Assembly: GCA_050949315.1 (NCBI GenBank)
Contig: JBMNFL010000001.1
Span: forward strand, 704,001-768,000
DNA: 64,000 bases
From: Bacilli bacterium
Lineage (GTDB): Bacteria > Bacillota_I > Bacilli_A > RFN20 > UBA1709
Direction of reading: 5' to 3'
In this document: one piece after another, positions 59,149-64,000 of the stretch
Layout of the letters: each line of letters begins with the position of its first letter
Numbering within the stretch: the stretch's first letter is position 1
Notes under the pieces: model-generated
Seen by the model: the letters and a program-made list of their open reading frames with translations, nothing else
The model's database searches: none
Told to the model about the DNA's origin: nothing
Program-made: the position numbers and the translations under genes

Positions 59149-61683
59149 ATGAAAAGCAAGCCCAAGTATTCTCCGATGATGGAGCAGTATCTAAAAATAA
59201 AAAAACAACACCCAGACACTCTGATTTTTTTCCGTTTGGGTGATTTTTATGAATTGTTTTTTGATGACGCGAAAATTGCATCCAAAGAATTGGAATTAGT
59301 TTTAACTGGAAAAAGTGCAGGGGTTAAAGAAAGAGTTCCCATGTGCGGCGTGCCTTACCACGCGGTAAACAATTATTTAGAAAAGTTAATTAAGCGCGGT
59401 TATAAAATTGGAATAGTAGAACAAACTGAAGATCCAAAAACCGCAAAAAAACTAGTTAAGCGAGAAGTTGTTCAAATTATTACACCAGGAACTTTAGTGG
59501 ATGTTGGTCTTGACGATAAGCAGAACAACTATATTCTTTGCATTGAAAAACACTCAGCCTTTTATATTTTAGCTTTTTGTGATCTTTCCACTGGGGAGCT
59601 TGGCGTTTTAAATATTGAGAACAACCAAGAACGACTTTTAAATGAAATTGATACTTTTGAAACTAAGGAAATTGTCGTTGCAGAAGATTTTGATACTAGC
59701 GTTTTAGATAACGGACGCAACAAATTTTTGATTTCAAGACACAATGATGTTGTAGCAACTCTTGAACACGAACATATTGTTTCTGAGCTTAAAGATGTTC
59801 GTCAAATAAGTTGTATAGTTCGTTTGGTTGACTATTTAGCAACAACCCAAAAAAGAAACATTGACTATTTACAAAAAGCCCGTATCATCAAAACGAATCA
59901 ACAACTAAAAATGGATGTCTACACTAGAAACAATTTAGAGTTGATTAAGACTATTCGTAACGATGATCGCTATGGATCTCTACTATGGGTTCTTGACAAA
60001 ACAAAAACAGCTATGGGGGCGCGTTTGCTTAAAAGTTATCTATATCGCCCTTTAGCTGATGCCAAGGAAATTGAAGAACGTTTAGATATTGTTGAAGCGT
60101 TGAGCAAAGATTTTTTAGTTCGAAAAGAATTAAGCGGCCTTTTAGCTGAAATTTATGACTTACCTCGTTTAATTGGGCGCATTGGCTATGGAAACGCAAA
60201 TGGTAAAGATTTAGTGCAGTTGTCGCGCTCCTTAAAGGTAATTCCCAACATAAAAAGCTTATTAAATAAAAGCGCAACAGCATGTCTAGTTAATTTGAGT
60301 CAAAAACTAGAAAAGCTTGATGCCGTTGTTAGCTTAATTAATAAAAGTATCGTTGACAACCCGCCTTTTGTTATTCGTGAAGGCGGGATGATCCGTCGTG
60401 GTTATGATAAAGAACTTGACCAGCTTTATATTTTAAGTAAGGGCGGCAAACAATGGATTTCCGATTTAGAAGCCAAAGAAAAAGAAAAGACCGGAATAAA
60501 AGGGTTAAAAATAGGCTACAACAAAGTTTTCGGTTTTTACATTGAAATTAGCAATTCGTTCTTGCCACAAGTAAAGGATGAGTTTGGTTATATTCGCAAG
60601 CAAACATTAACAACAGGCGAAAGATATATCACCCAAGAGTTAAAAGAAAAAGAAGACCTAATTCTTAATGCCGAAGACAAGATTGTTAAATTAGAATATG
60701 AGATTTTCCAAAGCATTAGAAATGAGGTCAAAAAATATACAGGAAGAATTCAAAGTTTAGCGGATGTTTTGTCAATAATTGATGTTTTGTGTTCCTTTGC
60801 AGAAGTCGCGGTTTTAAACGGCTACACAAGGCCAAGAATTAATGACAATCAAAAGTTAGTAATTAAAGAAGGTCGGCACCCTGTTTTAGAAAAAGTTTCG
60901 CAAGAGGCCTATGTGCCTAACGATTTAGAAATGGACGCTGACAACTTTTTGCATTTAATTACTGGGCCTAATATGGGCGGAAAAAGCACATATATGCGCC
61001 AAGTGGCTTTGGCCATTATCATGGCTCAGATTGGTAGTTTTGTAGCAGCTAAAGAGATGGACACGCCTGTTTTTGACCAAATATTTACAAGAATTGGTGC
61101 TAGTGATGATTTAGTGTCTGGTCAATCAACTTTCATGGTGGAAATGTTAGAGGTTAATAACGCATTAAGAAATGCTAGTTCAAGATCTTTGATTGTTTTT
61201 GATGAAATAGGCCGAGGAACATCAACCTTTGATGGAATGGCTTTAGCCCAAGCGATAATTGAATATCTTTGCACGCAGGTTAAAGCAATGACCTTGTTTT
61301 CTACTCACTACCACGAACTTACCAATCTTGAAGGGCGTCTGAAGGGTTTAGAAAATTATCATGTGACCGTTTTTGAAGAAAATGAAAAAGTCACATTTCT
61401 TTACAGGGTTGAAAAAGGCAGCGCGAATAAATCTTATGGTATAAATGTAGCTAGACTCGCTCACTTACCACAGAAGTTGTTAGATCGTGCTCGCGACATC
61501 TTGAGTTATTTGGAGAAAAATAAGGTTTTAACAACACCAGGAGATTATATTATCAAAGAAGTTGTTAAAGAAAGTGCGGTTGAACAAAAAATCAAAGAAG
61601 TTGATCCTTTAGCCATCTCGCCACTCGAAGCTTTAAACCTTCTTTATGAAATGAAAAAGAAATTAAAGCAGGAGGACAAGTAA
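59149..61683 (+). CDS. mutS: DNA mismatch repair protein MutS
   Basis: Motifs FRLGDFYELF, TGPNMGGKS, STFMVEM, DEIGRGT and SYGI; extended -10 TGCTATAAT at 59119. Confidence 0.98.
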   Translation: MKSKPKYSPMMEQYLKIKKQHPDTLIFFRLGDFYELFFDDAKIASKELELVLTGKSAGVKERVPMCGVPYHAVNNYLEKLIKRGYKIGIVEQTEDPKTAKKLVKREVVQIITPGTLVDVGLDDKQNNYILCIEKHSAFYILAFCDLSTGELGVLNIENNQERLLNEIDTFETKEIVVAEDFDTSVLDNGRNKFLISRHNDVVATLEHEHIVSELKDVRQISCIVRLVDYLATTQKRNIDYLQKARIIKTNQQLKMDVYTRNNLELIKTIRNDDRYGSLLWVLDKTKTAMGARLLKSYLYRPLADAKEIEERLDIVEALSKDFLVRKELSGLLAEIYDLPRLIGRIGYGNANGKDLVQLSRSLKVIPNIKSLLNKSATACLVNLSQKLEKLDAVVSLINKSIVDNPPFVIREGGMIRRGYDKELDQLYILSKGGKQWISDLEAKEKEKTGIKGLKIGYNKVFGFYIEISNSFLPQVKDEFGYIRKQTLTTGERYITQELKEKEDLILNAEDKIVKLEYEIFQSIRNEVKKYTGRIQSLADVLSIIDVLCSFAEVAVLNGYTRPRINDNQKLVIKEGRHPVLEKVSQEAYVPNDLEMDADNFLHLITGPNMGGKSTYMRQVALAIIMAQIGSFVAAKEMDTPVFDQIFTRIGASDDLVSGQSTFMVEMLEVNNALRNASSRSLIVFDEIGRGTSTFDGMALAQAIIEYLCTQVKAMTLFSTHYHELTNLEGRLKGLENYHVTVFEENEKVTFLYRVEKGSANKSYGINVARLAHLPQKLLDRARDILSYLEKNKVLTTPGDYIIKEVVKESAVEQKIKEVDPLAISPLEALNLLYEMKKKLKQEDK

Positions 61684-63432
61684 ATGGGAAAAATAAAGGT
61701 TTTAGATGCCAAACTTGCCAACATGATTGCCGCCGGTGAAGTTATTGAAAGACCAAGCAGTGTGGTTAAGGAATTATTAGAAAACGCGATTGATGCTGAA
61801 GCAAACGAGATTGTGATAAGCATCAAAGAAGCCGGAAGAAAAGAAATTCAAGTTCGGGACAATGGTTATGGCATGAATAAAGAGGATATTTTAGCTTCTT
61901 TTACACGACACGCAACAAGCAAAATATCTCGTCCTCAAGATTTATTTAATATTGGAACGTTGGGCTTTAGAGGAGAGGCATTACCATCAATTGCCGCGGT
62001 GTCTAGGGTGACTCTGCAGTCGTGTACTAAAGGAAATCACGGTTGGCGGGTTCAGGTAGAAGAAAACCAAATAAAGAAGATTGAGGCCAGCGATAGCCGT
62101 GTTGGGACAACGGTTATTGTGCAGGATTTATTTTATAGAACACCAGCGCGATTAAAACATTTGCGTTCGGATAATGCAGAAATAGCGAGTATTTATGAAG
62201 TTGTTACAAATGTTGCTTTTGCTTACCCAGAAATAAAAATAACCCTAATTAATAATGATCGCGAGAGTTTTAATAGCAGTGGGAACGGCAATCTTCAAGA
62301 AATAATTGCTAAAGTCTATGGACTTGAAACAGCAAAACAACTAATTGCCGTTGATTTTAACAATAATGATTTTCAAGTGTCTGGTTATATCGGCAAATTT
62401 ACCAATCACCGCGCCAATCGCCGCTATATGAACTTTACCCTTAATTCAAGAACCGTAAGAATTCCTGCCATTCAAAGCGTTTTAATTGAAGCCTATCAGA
62501 ACTATTTACCAGTTAACCGTTATCCTGTTGCGGTTTTAAATATCAAAACAGATCCAAGGTTAGTTGACGTTAATGTTCACCCCACCAAACGAGAAGTTCG
62601 GCTCTCAATGGATGACAGTCTTTATAAATTGATTAAGGAAAATGTTCGTAAAGTTCTTTTGGAAACAAGCATGATTCCCAAAGTAAATGTTGAGAAAAAA
62701 GAAAAAACCCCGCAACCTCAATTGAGTTTAGATGAAGAGGATTTAAGAAAAATATTAGAGGAAGGGAAAACAATATTTCAAGACCTGTCAAAAAAGGAAA
62801 AAACATGGGAATTAAAAGAAAGCGAAGAAAAACTTGAAGAAGAGCAAAGACCTCAACTTAATCGGCTGCGGCCAATTGGACAAATACATGGCACATATAT
62901 CGTAGCTGAAAGTGTAGATGGTTTTTATTTAATTGATCAACACGCTGCGATGGAACGGATTAATTTTGAGAAATATTATCAAGAATTAAGCAAGAGTAAA
63001 ACCAAAATAAGTCTTTTAGTCCCGCAAGTAATTGAATTGAGTTATCGAGAAATCCAAATAGTTAAAGATAAATTAGAACTATTAGAAGAAGCTGGAATCA
63101 AAGCGGAAGTCTTTGGCAACAACGCTATTAGAGTCACTGAAATTCCTCTTTGGTTGAGCCAAGAAGAAGCAAGTCTTTATATAAACGGAGTCTTAGAACA
63201 AGTTTTGGCTGATAAAAATATAGACATTATGGCTTTAAGAGAACACGCCGTAGCGACAATCGCCTGTAAGGTTTCGCTCAAAGCCAACCGAAGACTAACA
63301 ATTGATGAACAACAAGAACTATTGGACCGCTTGATTTTGTGCCAAAACCCTCATTGCTGTCCTCATGGACGTCCAGTGATGATTTTCTACTCAATTTATG
63401 AACTTGAAAAATTATTCAATCGGGTTATGTAA
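61684..63432 (+). CDS. mutL: DNA mismatch repair endonuclease MutL
   Basis: Motifs IAAGEVIERP, GFRGEAL, DQHAAMERINFE, ACK and CPHGRP. Confidence 0.98.
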   Translation: MGKIKVLDAKLANMIAAGEVIERPSSVVKELLENAIDAEANEIVISIKEAGRKEIQVRDNGYGMNKEDILASFTRHATSKISRPQDLFNIGTLGFRGEALPSIAAVSRVTLQSCTKGNHGWRVQVEENQIKKIEASDSRVGTTVIVQDLFYRTPARLKHLRSDNAEIASIYEVVTNVAFAYPEIKITLINNDRESFNSSGNGNLQEIIAKVYGLETAKQLIAVDFNNNDFQVSGYIGKFTNHRANRRYMNFTLNSRTVRIPAIQSVLIEAYQNYLPVNRYPVAVLNIKTDPRLVDVNVHPTKREVRLSMDDSLYKLIKENVRKVLLETSMIPKVNVEKKEKTPQPQLSLDEEDLRKILEEGKTIFQDLSKKEKTWELKESEEKLEEEQRPQLNRLRPIGQIHGTYIVAESVDGFYLIDQHAAMERINFEKYYQELSKSKTKISLLVPQVIELSYREIQIVKDKLELLEEAGIKAEVFGNNAIRVTEIPLWLSQEEASLYINGVLEQVLADKNIDIMALREHAVATIACKVSLKANRRLTIDEQQELLDRLILCQNPHCCPHGRPVMIFYSIYELEKLFNRVM

Positions 63433-64000
63433 ATGGAAAAGGTTTTAGTTATTTGTGGTCCAACAGCGGTAGGCAAAAGCGAATTAGCTATTTATTTAGC
63501 CAAAAAGTATAACGGTGAAATAATAAACGGCGACTCTATGCAAGTTTATCGAGAAATGAATATTGGGACCGCCAAAGTTAGTGAGCAAGAAAGAAAAGAA
63601 GTTCCCCATCATCTTTTTGATATAAAAACTATCAAAGAACACTTTAGTGTTGCCGAATTTCAAGGTCTGGTTCGCGCCAAAATTTCAGAGATTACAAGCC
63701 GTGGGAACCTGCCAATTATTGTTGGCGGAACAGGTCTATATTTGAAGGCTAGTCTATACGATTATGACTTTCAAGAAAAAGAAAAACGCGATTATGGATT
63801 AACCAAAAAAACTACCGAAGAACTCTACGATATTTTAATTGAATTAGATGAAGAAACAGCCAAGACTATTCACATGAATAACCGACGCAGAATAATAAGG
63901 GCGATTGAAATATTTTATGAGACTGGTGTTGGTAAAGTTAAACATAATCAAAAACAAAAACAGAAACCCATTTATGATGTTTTTTTCCTAGGACTTTCTC
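63433..64000 (+). CDS. miaA: tRNA dimethylallyltransferase, 3' end runs off the window
   Basis: Manual translation gives MEKVLVICGPTAVGKS...DSMQVYREMNIGTAK...VPHHL...VGGTGLY. Confidence 0.95.
   Translation, partial: MEKVLVICGPTAVGKSELAIYLAKKYNGEIINGDSMQVYREMNIGTAKVSEQERKEVPHHLFDIKTIKEHFSVAEFQGLVRAKISEITSRGNLPIIVGGTGLYLKASLYDYDFQEKEKRDYGLTKKTTEELYDILIELDEETAKTIHMNNRRRIIRAIEIFYETGVGKVKHNQKQKQKPIYDVFFLGLS

Overview
This is a chromosomal, AT-rich window from a low-GC Bacillota anaerobe that looks streamlined and Bacilli/Mollicutes-adjacent. TGA is used as a stop codon, so it follows code 11. The window spans the replication origin: genes left of about 49 kb run mainly on the minus strand and genes right of it on the plus strand, with DnaA boxes on both sides of dnaA and a parS site after gyrA. 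Core content is rpmH-rnpA-yidC-jag, dnaA-dnaN-yaaA-recF-gyrB-gyrA-serS-mutS-mutL-miaA, mnmE-tatD-rnmV-rsmA-ispE-prs, ffs-tadA-dnaX-recR, rpsF-ssb-rpsR, gdpP-rplI-dnaB-walJ-htrA-rlmH and uvrA-hprK-lgt-ppaX-trxB. I saw no mobile elements, CRISPR arrays, tRNAs or rRNAs. Five signals stand out. (1) An rnfCDGEA operon inserted between jag and mnmE ends in a translationally coupled 60-aa membrane-anchored 4-Cys protein and a 105-aa mini-RnfB with no polyferredoxin part. (2) A trimeric [FeFe]-hydrogenase has a short HydB with non-bifurcating, NADH-only signatures. (3) Two HtrA lipoproteins lie in tandem, and one has lost its catalytic His and Ser. (4) Cell-wall genes (walRKHI, glmU) are missing from their usual positions. 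(5) A shared TGAATA-NN-TATTCA-like motif lies upstream of the cad, hyd and rnf operons. All calls come from reading motifs and gene order; no database searches were run.
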